In this document: one piece after another, positions 1-13,192 of the stretch
How positions within the stretch are numbered: position 1 is the first letter of the stretch
Layout: each line of letters begins with the position of its first letter
From: Mytilus californianus
Taxonomy: Eukaryota
DNA: 64,000 nucleotides
Reading direction: 5' to 3'
Assembly: GCF_021869535.1 (NCBI RefSeq)
Contig: NW_026262668.1
Span: forward strand, 85,622,001 to 85,686,000
The notes under the pieces: generated by a model
Database searches by the model: none
Told to the model about the DNA's origin: nothing
What the model saw: only the letters and a program-made list of their open reading frames with translations
Program-made: the position numbers and the translations under genes

Positions 1-140
1 AGTAATTTTATAGGGTTGTAAAAGTGTTGATCGTGCGCACATTTCTAGAATGAAGCGCTTCCGCGCTTCATACAAAATGTGCTTCGGTCCACACTTTTAC
101 ACCCCAATAAAATTACAAAAAGAAGCATTCAATTCTTTAA
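1..140. mobile_element. Right end of a non-autonomous DNA transposon (TTAA-flanked, Kolobok/piggyBac-like), cut by the window start
   Basis: Internal hairpin TGAAGCGC-ttcc-GCGCTTCA (51-70); terminus ...AAAGAAGCATTCAATTCT followed by TTAA. The left end is not visible. Confidence 0.35.
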
Positions 141-372
141 GTTATTTAACCTAACCTAAAGGTGATCTACTTAACTTTTCAGTATATTTACTGTTTTAAA
201 AACCAATGTCTTTTGTTTGTTACATAATGATTGATTCGTGATCTTACAATTATACAATTTTTATTTCACAACTTCATTTTTAGTATCAAATATAAAAACT
301 GTAGAAAAAAAATGATTATGTAAGTAAATATTAATTCTAGGAAACTAGTAAGTGCAACATATTAGTACTCAC

Positions 373-551
373 CTTGGTCGCCCTACAATTGCGTAAAAAT
401 CATTTAATTCTTTTAAATATCGTCTAAGTTGTTTTGGATTTTGGAAGTAATCTGGTTTTGAGGGTGGTCTCAGCATAGCATCGTGTCCAGTTACCTCGTT
501 GATAACCAGTAAAGTTACAAGGAGATATATGGCTATAATGTGTTTTTGCAT
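373..551 (-). CDS. NPF: Neuropeptide F/Y (NPF) precursor, first coding exon: signal peptide plus mature peptide up to RPR; downstream exon(s) lie beyond position 1
   Basis: Acceptor tttcag at 558-557, ATG at 551. Translation MQKHIIAIYLLVTLLVINEVTG-HDAMLRPPSKPDYFQNPKQLRRYLKELNDFYAIVGRPR matches the molluscan NPF pattern (PP..P..F.NP..LR.YL..LN.YYAIVGRPRF). The phase-2 donor AG|GTGAGT at 372 splits the last Arg codon, the conserved NPY/NPF intron position. Confidence 0.95.
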
Positions 552-847
552 ATTATCTGAAATAGATAACACACATATACAGTATTCTACCAAACTTTAC
601 ATTAATCGATTTCTAGACAAAATATGAAGCTTGATTTACATGTTATATTATTTTTACCAAATGACCCCAAGGATTTGTATATATGTCTTACTGAACAAAT
701 CCTTGATCACGTTATGTTTATGATTTCTGACAGCTCTGATTCATTACATTGATGATGATTGACCATAATCATGATTTATTTAAATAAGCAGAACTACAAC
801 GTTATCTTTCAATATGTAAAATAATGTTAGTTCTTCTACATGCGTAT

Positions 848-1176
848 AAAAATAAGAAGATGTGGTATGATTGCCAACGAGACAACTCTTCAACAGAGAC
901 CAAATGACATAGAAGTTAACAATAATAGGACACCGTACGGCCTCCAACAATGGGCAAAACCCATACCGCATAGTCAGTTATAAAAAGCCCCGAAATGACA
1001 AATGTAAAACAATTCAAACGAGAAAACTACTGAATTACAGGTTCCTGTCTTTGGACAGGAACATACAGAATTTGGCGGGGTTAAAAATGTTTGCGGGCGC
1101 CAAACCCTCCTCCTAACCTGGGACAGTGGTGTAACAACATATGAACAAACTATAAAAATCAGTTGAAAAGGGCTTG
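848..1176 (-). repeat. Dispersed repeat family D (3' UTR/pseudo-LTR of a Penelope-like element)
   Basis: Reverse complement of the block at 34480-35035 (...ATGCGGTATGGGTTTTGCTCATTGTTGAAGGCCGTACGG...TTGTCTCATTGGCAATCATACCACATCTTCTT). Further copies at ~1410-1530, 2770-3108, 26795-27050 and 43696-43775. Confidence 0.8.
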
Positions 1177-2769
1177 GGGTGCATGTATTGAAACTATCTT
1201 ATATAAAGATGTGGCTATATATATGTAATACTAAATCCTATGCTATATTTTTTTTTCCGTTTACAAAACTTGAAGTCTAATTCAAGTTTATCATTTACAA
1301 TAAAATTATGTGGCACTGCAGGAGAGAGCATTTTTAAAATAAAAATCCACGTATGAGTGGAACAATTTTTAATGGCAGCTCCGGGGAAAGGGATACCACC
1401 TTTTCGGTACCTTTTACAGTTTATTATACGGTATGGGTTTTGCTCATTATTGAAGGCCGTATGGTGACATATAGTTGATTTCATCCACGTCATTTGTTCT
1501 CCGGTGATTAGTTGTCTCGTTGGTTCTTAATTATACATGTACAAATCTTATTACTGTGGTCAAGTAATCTCGTTAATTGATAATAAACAAAATTAAACCA
1601 TATAACATAAATTTCTGAACAATCCGACAATCGCGATAGTGTTAAGAAGTAACAGAAACTTGATGGAAAACGATGATAATCTCAATATTAAAACATGACA
1701 CATTTTGTCTTTTCAAGTTTTGAAAAAAGATGTATATTTTCATTTAAATTATGAGCTAGGTAGGTTGGATACATTCTTGTTTTGTTTTCAATCGAAAGAG
1801 AACAGAAATGAGGTTCTAGTATATGTGGTATATAGTTTATTGTATACATTAGAATTACTTCATATACATAAGTCTTACATAACTTAAGTATCGGACGTTT
1901 AAGGCGATGCCACATGATTCAAGTTGGATTATCTCCCATTTTCCAGAAAAATCTCCGCTAAAATACCTCTATAGTGTAATTATATGTATGTCTGAAATGT
2001 ATGTAAAGTATAACTGATGTCGAAAGTCTGGACGTATCTAGTATTAGATAGTGTACAACCAACAAAACTAAAAAGTTACGTTTTAAATATGTCTCCGATT
2101 CTCTGTTATCAATATATGTCTGAACAAGCGACGAAACATATAGCTGTATACATCCAAAAGACATGTGTATAATGTAATTACAATGTAAAAAGATTAAACA
2201 TCAGTGTTTGCTTCCTCCTACACCATGTACCAAAAATAATAAAAACACAATAAGATAAGCGTGTATCAAAAATTTTCTGACAAAGGATGGTTTGATAAAA
2301 TAAAATAACGTCAGAAGAATTATTGCTTTTTTATTCTAATTCCTCAGAAGAGAATGTGTAAATGAAACACAAGACATTTTATTGGTTCTAAAGCATTCTA
2401 TTTCGCAAGGATTAACACATAATGAAACCATTCACTCAGCCGTCCACTGGATTCATCTAAAACCCATAAAAAGTAATACAAGATGGCTATGCCATTTTTC
2501 CAGTCAACATCACTCATTTAACAAAATCTAGTTGGATTACTATGCATGACAATACATGCAAACAAAAGAAATTATATGCCAAAGAGTTCGTAGAAATACA
2601 TATGCAGAAAGTCTCAAAACCGTTTTTACTAGAGTCGGATTAAATGAATATCTATTTAATTATATATATATATTCAAACGAAATGACCATATGGAGAGTA
2701 AACACGGATTATTATCAATGTATAACAAAACACATAACATAAAGATGAAATCAACTGATACTTAGATAC

Positions 2770-3108
2770 TGGGGAGAGGGGGTAAGGAACCCGCAAACAT
2801 GTTTAACTCCGCCGTATTCTGTAACTGCCCGTCCCAAGTCAGGAGCCTGTAATTCAGAGGTTGTCGTTTGTTGATTTATAACATATTTGTTTTTTGTTTA
2901 TTATTTGGTACATAATCTGGCCGTTAGTATTCTCGTTTGAATTGTTTTACATTCGTCATTTCGAAGCCTTTTATAGCTTACTATGCGGTATGTGTTTTGC
3001 TCATTGATGAAGACCGGATGGTGAACTATAAATTCTAACTTCTGTGTCATTTGGTCTCTGGTAAAGCGTTGTCTTATTGGCAACCATACAACACCTTCTT
3101 ATTTTTAA
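2770..3108 (+). repeat. Dispersed repeat family D copy
   Basis: CCCGTCCCAAGTCAGGAGCCTGT...GGTTGTCGTTTG...TATGCGGTATG...TTGGCAACCATAC..CACCTTCTTATTTT, collinear with 34700-35035. Confidence 0.8.
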
Positions 3109-4479
3109 GATACTTAGTATATGTTTATCCTATTAAGTCTTCCATCCTGTACTTCTAATGCCGTCGCTAAATATTTAAATTTACTTGAGGTAAAACAAAT
3201 GGATAGAAAATTCGAATTTGTATTCTGTGTAACAGTATATACACGTATGCTAGTATCCTCCGTTTATGTTTAATCAGATCCGGTAAGAGCTCATACATGA
3301 ACCATTGGAATTTATAAATACCGTGTACAATGTTTCGTTATTTAAAACACTATTTTTCCAGATTTTTTTTTCTTGGTCTATCTGCAGTCATAATATTCTT
3401 TATTGTCTTATTATTTATACAGAAAACAAGTATTCGGGAATATATCTAAAATTAATTTAAATTGAACTCATGTTCATATAAAAGGCTACTTATTAATTTT
3501 GTTGCAAACTATTAAATTAAAAAGTAGTAAAATGTCTGTATTCAAAACGCATTGAAGCCGCCTTTTCTTAAAATGCTAGGTATAAATTTTCAAGAAGCGG
3601 GAATTTCAGAAGCAAAGTTTCATAAAAATAGATATAATTGCAATGTAAAGATATAAATTTCCTTACCTATATGTAATTGTCGTGGATACCTGTCTCTCCA
3701 ATCTGTAACGCTGACCTCTGTGGCCAATGTTATGTCTATATTCACTTATATATCGAATAATTCTTTTAGCATCTGTCAAACGCAGGGTCCGGAGGTTTTC
3801 TCTCAGAAATACTAAACGTTTATTTTAATTGTTGCAAGTGGTTTGACAATTAGCTCATACTTGTATTACTTGATATTCAATTTTCGTAGATTGGAAATTG
3901 TATTTTAAAGGAAGCGATAATAATGGGTGTGGGAAACTAATTTCCATCTATTGTTCTGTATGTTGTAAACAGATGTTGATAGAAAGATCGACTGTGGCGA
4001 GCACAATTTTCATTCGTTCGTTTCTTAATTATTGCATAGAATCCACAAAACTGATTGGCAAGAAAATGTCCTGTGCAGATTCACTCCATAGAAATGGTCG
4101 CCATTGCAACCTTAGGCCTGACGTAAGAACAAGGAATATATTTCACATAAATACAAATTATCAATTGTTTTTTTTTATTGTTTGTTTATATTCTTTTTCT
4201 TCCTTTTTTAATCGATTTCTTTGTTTTTGTTTTCGTTTTGTTTTGTTTTTTTGTTTTTTTTATTTTTCCTACTGTTGTTTTTTCAAATTGGTTTCTGATT
4301 TATCAAGAGTCATTTTAACGAACACGATATATGTTTGGAATTTTCTTCAATATTAATTCAATTGTGCAAGTCAGATTGAAACAATGATTGTGACTGTAAC
4401 TAAAGCCAAAACAGACAGGGCGGAGGGAGTCTTTTGACTGTTTAAGCATGATATTTTTTTCTAAATATATTGTTAAATG

Positions 4480-5030
4480 ATCAAAACTATGTTAAACTTC
4501 TTAAACACTTTTTTTTAGACAAACCGAACAATGCATTTGTACGCATGAGCGAGTGGATAGCGGATAAATACCGAGACGAAATTGCGTAAATTTGAAAACG
4601 AGTATAGGCGAAAACGCAAAACATGAAGCAAAAATCATTTTGTGCTGTCGTCTTTTCGCTCAATGGAATATCAAATCGAAACCGAGAAATGACCTTTTCT
4701 GACGACCATCAATTTGGAGTCCTTCCTATGTCGTATGCCTCAATTAATGTATTTTGATAATTAAAATTTAGGATATAACGGTATTGTATTCAAAACTATG
4801 TCAAATTTCTTACCACTTTAAAAAAAAAACGAATAATGCAGTTAACGCATGTGTGAGTTGATAACTTCCTAGACAAAAACGCGAAAAGGCGAAAACGCGT
4901 AATCTAAAACATGAAGTGAAAACCATTTTGTATTTTCGTCTTTTTGCTCTATGGAGATGTCAAACGCGAAAACGCGAAATGACTGCGTTTTACCACCAAA
5001 CATTTGTAGTGCTTCATATTTCGTATGCAC
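4480..5030. repeat. Degenerate tandem duplication, period ~310 bp
   Basis: TCAAAACTATGT at 4481 and 4791. Both units carry GGCGAAAACGC, AAAACATGAAG, CATTTTGT..T.TCGTCTTTT and GAAATGAC in the same order. Confidence 0.6.
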
Positions 5031-5948
5031 CAATGAACTTGTTCTGAAAATTAAAATTTAGGAATTTGTGATTGACCTGCATAAAACGCAGGTTTTACCG
5101 TCGCAAATTGAGTTACCCAGCAACGCGAACTAAGTGGGGAATAACACAGTATGTGGGTTCCTAGTTCACCAAACTCCAAACTTCGGAATCTTGGGTAAAA
5201 TTCACGGGTTATGGGCTCCATACACAAGAGCTCCAAACTATAACTTCGATATGAAACCGATTTTATTTCCTTAGTACGAAAACTAAATATAATGGTTGAA
5301 ATAATCTGAAATTATATTATGAGGAATTATAATTGTCAGCTTTTTTACACATTTACGAACATAAAAATATATTCTTTGCAAACAGCAACGAAAGAAAGAT
5401 TACACAAAAACATGAAATTAAAAGTCGAATATTTAAGATACATGTGTAAAAAATAAATTGAATACATAAAGTCGTACTATTGTTTAAGTTTAAAAACCAA
5501 TTAAATGTCATGATTTGAATTTTACATTGTATTTGTTCATACGATTTACTGGGCAGAAGAACTAAAAAGTAAAAAAAAATGTCGTATCGTTTCAATGAAT
5601 CCCTGCTATATACGGGCACTTCAAGGGACTGATTATTATAAAATTAATATGTCTTGTTTTAAAAATCTTGTAGTCACTTTTTTAAGCTCTTTTTTTTCAT
5701 CAGCACTACGGGAGAAGAACAAAAATAATATAAATAGATAAAATAAAAGACAAATGGTTGACTGAGTCCTTAGAGTGGCCCCACGTTATTGCTAGATAAA
5801 CAAACAAAAGACAATGACAAATCTAAACATTTTGTTTTCTTTCTTCAAACAGTCCTTTAAAATGCGTATTGAAATAAATAAGAATTATTTGTGACATTAT
5901 GATAACAGTGAGCGAAACGACTGATGTGAGTGAAGAGAACATTTTAAA

Positions 5949-6603
5949 ATGATGTCCTCCTTATCCGAAAGATCTGAGAAGTCCGATTCGGCGAATTCGT
6001 CACAGATAAGAACGCCTAAACCAGTTTACGTTTGTTCTGTTTGTACAGATGAAGTAAAAGCCAAATATCTATGTCAACCTTGTAAAAAGTACTTTTGTGA
6101 AAAGTGTAAGAGCAGTCATACAAGTAATGTTCAAAACGCTAAACACAAATTCACAGAGATTTTGGAAACGGAATCAGAGACACCGGATTTGTCACTTGAT
6201 TTGGCGAAAGTGAGTTCACCTGAAATGCAGAAAACACCTCCAAGAGTAGTTACATCGTCGCCCAAAAATACTGGTCGAAGTACTGGTAGAGCTAAAAATC
6301 ACAATGATCATACGGTACACATAGATTACGGTAATACTCCTCGAGGAAAGTACAGCAAATGTCAAAGGCATCCTACTAAAGACATACAACTTCATTGTGT
6401 CGAGTGCAACAAAATTGTATGCAGTGAATGTATTGTCGAAATACACCAACGCCATCAGTTTGTCAGCATAGAGGAAGCGGGGACAAGATTGAAGGGTCAT
6501 TTCCATACCATTCTTGCTCCGGTAAAAACATTTTATCATGATGAGCTTGAGACGGCGTATAATAATTTGGAAGTTGCTGAAGAACAGTACAGTGTTAAAA
6601 CAG
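5949..6603 (+). CDS. RING-less TRIM-like protein (B-box1, B-box2, coiled coil, NHL/beta-propeller), exon 1 of 2; join(5949..6603,8729..10008) = 644 aa
   Basis: B-box1 CSVCTDEVKAKYLCQPCKKYFCEKCKSSH...H and B-box2 CQRHPTKDIQLHCVECNKIVCSECIVEIHQRH. Donor AG|GTACAT at 6604, phase 1 (655 nt). Confidence 0.9.
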
Positions 6604-8728
6604 GTACATGCTTTACATAGTATTTGGTTTTTTATGTATCTTAATTTTTACCTAAATTTTCGACAGTGAAAAAAGGTCTGTTATTTGATCATTGATATTC
6701 TCGGGAAAGCGCCCCACTTCAATTATCTTGGGGGGCACAACTTGTAGTGAGTGTTTTTGCTCCACCAAAACCTCACTGTAACTATAATATGAAGAACAGT
6801 AATAAAAACGCTGCGCTTTTGTTTGTTTTTTTTTACGTGCACGTAGTGATCATTTCGATTCGTGAATTGGTGCATCACATTCTCTCTTTTTCATGACTAA
6901 GTTATGCTAGCTATTCTCGATGAAGTCGAACAAATGCAAATGTACATTAACTTAAATGAAATAAAGTGATAAAGTGTGAGGGGGACGATTTCGGCATTTT
7001 AAAAAGAGTCACACAAAGCGCAAATTTCAATATGAATATTGTGAAGCCCATTATAATTGCCATATAGCAGAATAGGAAATGAAGATTTTTGAAAACTTCT
7101 CACTTTGCGCAGTATTTTTATTTTTATTACTAATACATATTTGTTTTACTTTTGAAAACCATCAATGTCTTTCTTTTCAATGTGCACAAGCAACGTTTTA
7201 TCTTGAAACTGCATTAACATACCCTATGCCGATTGCTTCCATCAATTGTCGGTATGAAACAAACTACGAAGTAAGTATAAATGCAGGTATAGTAAATCAT
7301 CAGCTTTGAAATGAACAACATGCGTATACAATTTCATGGCTATTAAATACTGACCGAATGAACCCAACTTAAAATTAGGTTTCTGGCTTTCTTGTAACTA
7401 AATGTGCGTCATTATCATTCGCTCCTTGCGGAAAAAAATGAGACGTGTATATGATTGACCTGTGCACCAGGTTACGTCCTTTGTGCAATTAACCATCATT
7501 ATGGTTATTTTATACAAAATCTAATTCTTGATCGTTTAGAACTGATTCTCCATTGTCAATAAAATTGTCTTCTATGCTGGTATTTTATTAGTTTTTCTTA
7601 CTATTGTGCAAAATGATAGAGCCATTATCAATAGATCCAAATTACTTGATAGCATTTTGTGGATCTGTTGACGAACGGTAAATTGGGTAGTAAATTAGAT
7701 CAATAAATAACAGTGACCGAGACTGAGGCTTTCCTGAAGCGGAAAATCAGAATAAGACGAGCTATATAAGATACATGCCTAGACTTCTGAAGTTCTGTCA
7801 TTATTTTCCTTTTCGTTAATTTACAAATATGTTTTTCGCATATACGCCAGGTCAACATAAAATCATATCATATATATAAACAGCCACCCTTTATGGAGCG
7901 AATACAATAGTCAAGCTTTCTGGGCGAAGGGTTAAAAAAAGTACATACTAAGTACGTGTTTGCAATTATTATGATGTAACTCATACATTTTTTCTATTGG
8001 AGATAGACCATAGATTTTTAAATTCCGTAATATCTCCAATTCTTCAATGCTTGATAAGCTGAGATTTACACATAGATTGAGCAAAAATATTTGAAAAATA
8101 GTGGAGATATAATACTATAAAATATTTTCTCGTAGAATGGAATGTAGAAATCTCGTATAATTATAGTTTTAATGGGAGATAGACAATCCCCCCCCCCCCC
8201 CCCCCTCCAAAAAAAAAAGACATAGAACACCATAAGAATCACACGGCAATATCCATTGTTATCATTCATGAATATTAAATTCTGATTAAAAAGAAATAAA
8301 ACAAAGAGGACACTAACGCGTAACAAGCTCTGAAAATAGCATATTAGGTATTGCAAATTCAAACTGTAAAAAGTTTTAAGTAATCTGAGTTTTCAGAGAA
8401 ATGCTATAGAAAATGAGATCATTAAGTTTCAAGCTAGTTGAATAAACAAACGAAAAATTAAATTCTGATCCCACAAAGAGATCCTCTGTTTATGTTGGTG
8501 ACTGCCCATTCAAGATATTTACAACCGGGGAGTATGATTAGGAATCAGTTTGATATTTTAACATCTGCAGGATGCTATACAATAAACATGCAGAATTTTA
8601 ACTGTCTATTATATACCAAAGAATCGCACGGCGAATAAATTTCTCGAGATCTACATAAAACTGTGTCTTAAATGCTTACTAACGATACCTTAAGTTATCT
8701 TAAATCTATATGAATATTTTCTTTTCAG

Positions 8729-10008
8729 AACAAACTATTGACGAGATACATAAAAGGGCTAGTCAGCTCCATGATGACATAGACCGTATACGAGACAGCA
8801 TTATATCTTCTATAGAAACTAAACAGAAGCAAGACATGGATGAATTTGTAACAACGAAAGAACTTCTTAGTGATAGACTTGCTCATACAGGTGACGTCAT
8901 TAGTCGCGTAGAGAACGCAATCGAGAACGACAACGACACATCAATGCTTAGATCAGAGCATGAATACACAACACTTATTACCAATGTTGATAGAAATTTA
9001 TCTCTCCGAGAACCAAAACCATCACGATTTGCTGCAGGATTGTCTACTGAAGAACGCGTAAAAGATCTTTTTGGTAATACAGTTCAGATTGATGAACCGG
9101 ACAATACAATGGCGACTTGGCGCATGCGTGGCGAGGACAAATTAGAAATTAGCAAAGATCTTGATCTCTCTCGTGTTCTCTCCGTACCAGTCGGAGATGG
9201 TCAGCCAATTCATACCATGGTAGCCCTAGGACATGCAGAAGTTTGGTTTTCAACTTTATCAAATTCTAAACAAGCACAGCTATTTGGAATAGATGGTCGA
9301 ATTGAAAAACCGTTGGAGTTAGAATTTAGTGTGAAAGATCTATCTGTTTCTCGTCCAGGTGATCTGTTCTTATCTTGCTTTGACACGCGCTGCGTTAAAC
9401 GCATCCGCTTAAATGGAACAGTTGAGACATTTTTCAATACATCACCACTTCATCCTTTAGGAATTCATGTATTGAGAAGTGGATCGGTAATGGTGTGTGT
9501 TGTAGATCAGATTTCAACTAATATGAAACAGATGAAACCATACAGCAAGCGTCAACTTGTCAAGGTATCGAAAACAGGCAAGGTTATTAAACGCATGGCT
9601 TATAACCTTGACCTAAGGTTGTTCACCCTTCCATTCAAAGTCAATGAATCAGTCGATGAAGAGCTTGTTGTGTTGGATAAATCCAGTAAGGATAAGGGTA
9701 GACTAATCATGTTTACCCGAAATGAGCAAATTAAATTCGTATACAATGGTCCACAATCAATTCGAACCGAATATCCATTCTGTCCTATGGACCTAGTGTG
9801 TGATAATTTTGGTCATACTATTGTTGTCGATTCAAACAACAATGCAATTCACATGTTAGATAAATTCGGAAAGGTTTTAAGATTTCATCAGATAGGTCGA
9901 GACTGGATTGATATTCCATGGTCAGTTGCTGTTGACAATAGGGGACTTATGCTCGTTGGTGATTCTGCAGGGACAATGCATATTATGCGTTATCTACTTA
10001 ATAGTTAA
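8729..10008 (+). CDS. RING-less TRIM-like protein, exon 2 of 2 (coiled coil plus NHL-like propeller)
   Basis: Acceptor ttttcag at 8727-8728; G|AA gives Glu in frame with exon 1. Heptad-rich coiled coil, then propeller-blade motifs (PLGIHVLRSGSVMV, PMDLVCDNFGHTIVVD, PWSVAVDNRGLMLVGD). Stop at 10008. Confidence 0.9.
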
Positions 10009-10859
10009 ATTCTAAACGTGAGTTGAAGACCTTTTGTGAAAACAAAACACAATTTTATGATATAAATGTAAAACTTATTAATATATATCGATATCCGTTT
10101 TCTAGTGTATCCATTTCCCTTTCGCTTGGTCAAATATTTCTTACTTTCATATTAATGTACTAAGTGTTATCTCATTATTCTAATAAAGAGGTTTTTGTGT
10201 GCAACTCTTCCTTTTAATGACACTTTTATTGTACTATTCAAAGTATATGCGTGAGTAATTATACGTGTACATGTTATATTAGCCCGTGTATTGTAAATCA
10301 AAATCACACTTTTTAAATTTCGTGCATCTGAAGAGCTTTTCTGGTTTTCACTTCGACCTAAATCATTTAAAATTAAAGAAAAGTAAATCATATTGCTAGA
10401 TACCATATGAAAATGAACCCGTTCTTCCTTTGGAAAGAGTGCGAAATCAACAATACATCAAGTAATTCGTTCTTCACACTAATACTTTACAAATGAGGAA
10501 ATTTTAAAATGAATCTTTATTTTTCTCCTTGGATATGATATCAAAGAAGAGGATATGTCGATTCTCTCTCTTTACAGTCAAGTATACATATTTTATTCAA
10601 GAATCCATACAAGGAAATTTTAATCCTGGTATCGATCTATGATGAGTTTATTAATATACATTTAAGATGTAACAACTATTATTGATACAGTCAAAAACTC
10701 CATTTAAAATAATGTTATAAGGCATATATACTGCTATTGATGTCATTCAGATGGGGATTAAAAAAAACATTATAAAGGTCTAATAAAAGGACTGTGAGCA
10801 TAGAGTTTTTAGTTTGAATCGCGCTTATAAATTCATGTAATTGAAAATAATACTTATAA

Positions 10860-11340
10860 TGTCAGTGCGTTTGGAGTATTTAACCTCAGCATGATCGTTT
10901 AAACCGAACAATTTGAAAGACAAGGATGTATAACCTTCTGAATACATGAGGAGCGTATGCCCTATAGGGAACCAAAAAGAGAATAAGTCGAAACACTACT
11001 AGTATTCCTTTGTAGAACGTTTACACCACAAGACCTTTATGGATTCAAGCCAGGAATTGCATTCGGAAGAAAAAGTGGTATTTTTGGCTTTTACCAAAAC
11101 CAACAAACACGCACAAAAGGTAATATTTCACCTTAAATTTTAACCGAGTTCTGCACATTTGTTGAAAAAATCTGGCAGATACAATTGATTGTTACTCATT
11201 TCACGGCACAAAAGGCGTTTCAAAAAAATCAACAGGTTATTTTGTTTTGCATTGCTGATCGGTATCAAACATGTTACCACCTCTACATGAGAGTTTAATT
11301 GATTTGAACAATTTCTACATTGAGTTATCACTCTTTGTAT
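10860..11340 (-). mobile_element. Highly degraded Penelope-like element 3' end (RT C-terminus plus tail)
   Basis: Minus-strand translation ...RLLCREMSNNQLYLPDFFNKCAELG weakly resembles the PLE RT C-terminus. It is followed by a tail (TCTTTCAAATTGTTCGGTTT..) similar to family E at 28760-28830. Confidence 0.35.
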
Positions 11341-12895
11341 GGAAAAATGTCGAGGATTTAGACGCGTACTGGAGCTTCTTCAAAATGTCGTAAACGAAGA
11401 TGTTGATGTGAGTGACGTATTTTTTGTGGAAAGGCTGTGTTTAATATTCGATTCTGGTATTAATCACAATTCGATACTTTTCTTCATATAACATCTATAA
11501 AAGCTAAAACGAAGCACCATTATTTTTTAAGAATATTTGGAAATATTTCGACGATTTTTTTCCTGTAAATAATCCTGCAAATGAAAATTATCCACCACAA
11601 CTCCCTCTAGCTTAATTCCAATGTTAATAGAAACAGGTGTCTTTCTTTAGAACCTTGGTATTAAAATTTCTCATGATAATCTTCATTCCAAATTTGTAAT
11701 ACTAATAAACGTGACGACATTTGCTATTGTTTTTCTTATTTTTTCTTTTCATGATGATGTTCCTTTGGCTCCTTCAAATCTTGTGAAGTGTACATTTTTG
11801 TTTGCAGTTCTTGAATCACATTAATAAATTTTCCTTAAAGATCAAGATTATTGGTTTTTTTCCACAAAACCTTCAAATTCCTGATCGACGTAAACCGAAC
11901 GGCCCTCTACAAAAGTCATCTTTTTTTTAGTTTACTATTTACCGGTTTTCTCTATCCATTATTGTTGTACTTTTTTCAAGATTATATAATAAAAATCACC
12001 ATTGAAGGGCTTTATTTATCTCCAATAAACAGTCAATTGAAGAAAAAAAAATAAATGCAGGTACATGTAACTTATTTATATATCTTGCCTTAATTATCAT
12101 TTGTTTTCATTACCTTTCTAAGTAGAACAGTTTCCTACATAAGATGATTTAACTATACAATTTATATAATATATCGTAATTTCAGAAATTCTAATAAAGA
12201 TTCCGTTGATGGTTTAAGTCATTTCAATAGATATTGTCTTGATGATCATTTATACTGTTTACAATGTATGTATTTCTATTTCATTATTCAAAAGCAAGAT
12301 AATGAGCAAAAACATGTTAAATGTTAAAATCTTCAGCAAGCAAGGCTACGATATAAAAGAAAATGAAAAACGCATTATTATGAACAAATGGAGGTGGATG
12401 TGAACGTCAATGAGATAGCAACCATCGTACCTAAAAATCTAAAGATATATAGAGTTAAACAACAGAAAGATGTTTATACCATATGTCAAGCTCTATACCC
12501 TTAGTTTAGCTATATATAGACTAGTAGGGAATACATTGAACAGAAACAAGATTCTTACGTCGTAGCAAAATGTCCAACTCCGTTGTATACTGTGGAATAC
12601 AGTCATAAGTATGCTGCAATAGGCTGAGGATAGTCAGAATCCCATAACTGAACCAGAAAACATCGACATGGTTGTAAAGTTTGGTCACTGACATATTATG
12701 ACAAACAATATAATAATCCTACCAAGAATGACAGCTTTCTGTCAAATGGTATCAGAAGAGTTGGATTTACAAGGCATCATTGTGTAAGAGCAATTATAAA
12801 AAATGTCAAAGTGTCAAAAGTCGTGCAAAAATTGTTAAATCAAAATGAATGGAGAACATGTTCAATACACATTATGATAAACAATTTTACCAAGT

Positions 12896-13192
12896 AACAA
12901 GAATGTGTCCATAGTACACGGATGCCCCACTCGCACTATCATTTTTTATGTTCAGTGGACCGTGAATCTGGGGTCAAACTCTAATTTGGCATTAAAATTA
13001 GAAAGATCATATCACAGGGAACATGTGTACTAAGTTTCATGTTGATTGGACTTCAACTTCATCAAAAACTACCTTGACCAAAAACTTTAACCTGAAGCGG
13101 GACAGACTGACGAACGGACGGACGGACGAACGAACGGACACACAGACCGAAAAACATAATGCCCCTCTACTATCGTAGGTCGGGCATAAAAA
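12896..13192 (-). mobile_element. Short Helentron-associated non-autonomous element (HINE; MgE/pearl/DTC84-type)
   Basis: On the minus strand: 5' TTTTTATGCCC...GGGGCAT hairpin, (GTCC/GTTC)n microsatellite, single core, then 3' GGGGCATC subterminal inverted repeat and the stem-loop GTGT..ATGGACACA. Confidence 0.8.

Noticed and set aside
3898-4356. 152-aa ORF
   Set aside because: It starts at TTG and its length comes from a T-rich low-complexity tract (Phe/Cys-rich translation); no recognisable domain.
8188-8220. C18 run followed by an A run as a functional G-quadruplex
   Set aside because: A simple intronic homopolymer, common in these genomes and prone to sequencing length error; no further support.
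12180-12890. Possible decayed ORF between the TRIM-like and EF-hand genes
   Set aside because: The translation looks coding-like but is interrupted by many stops and has no motif I recognise.
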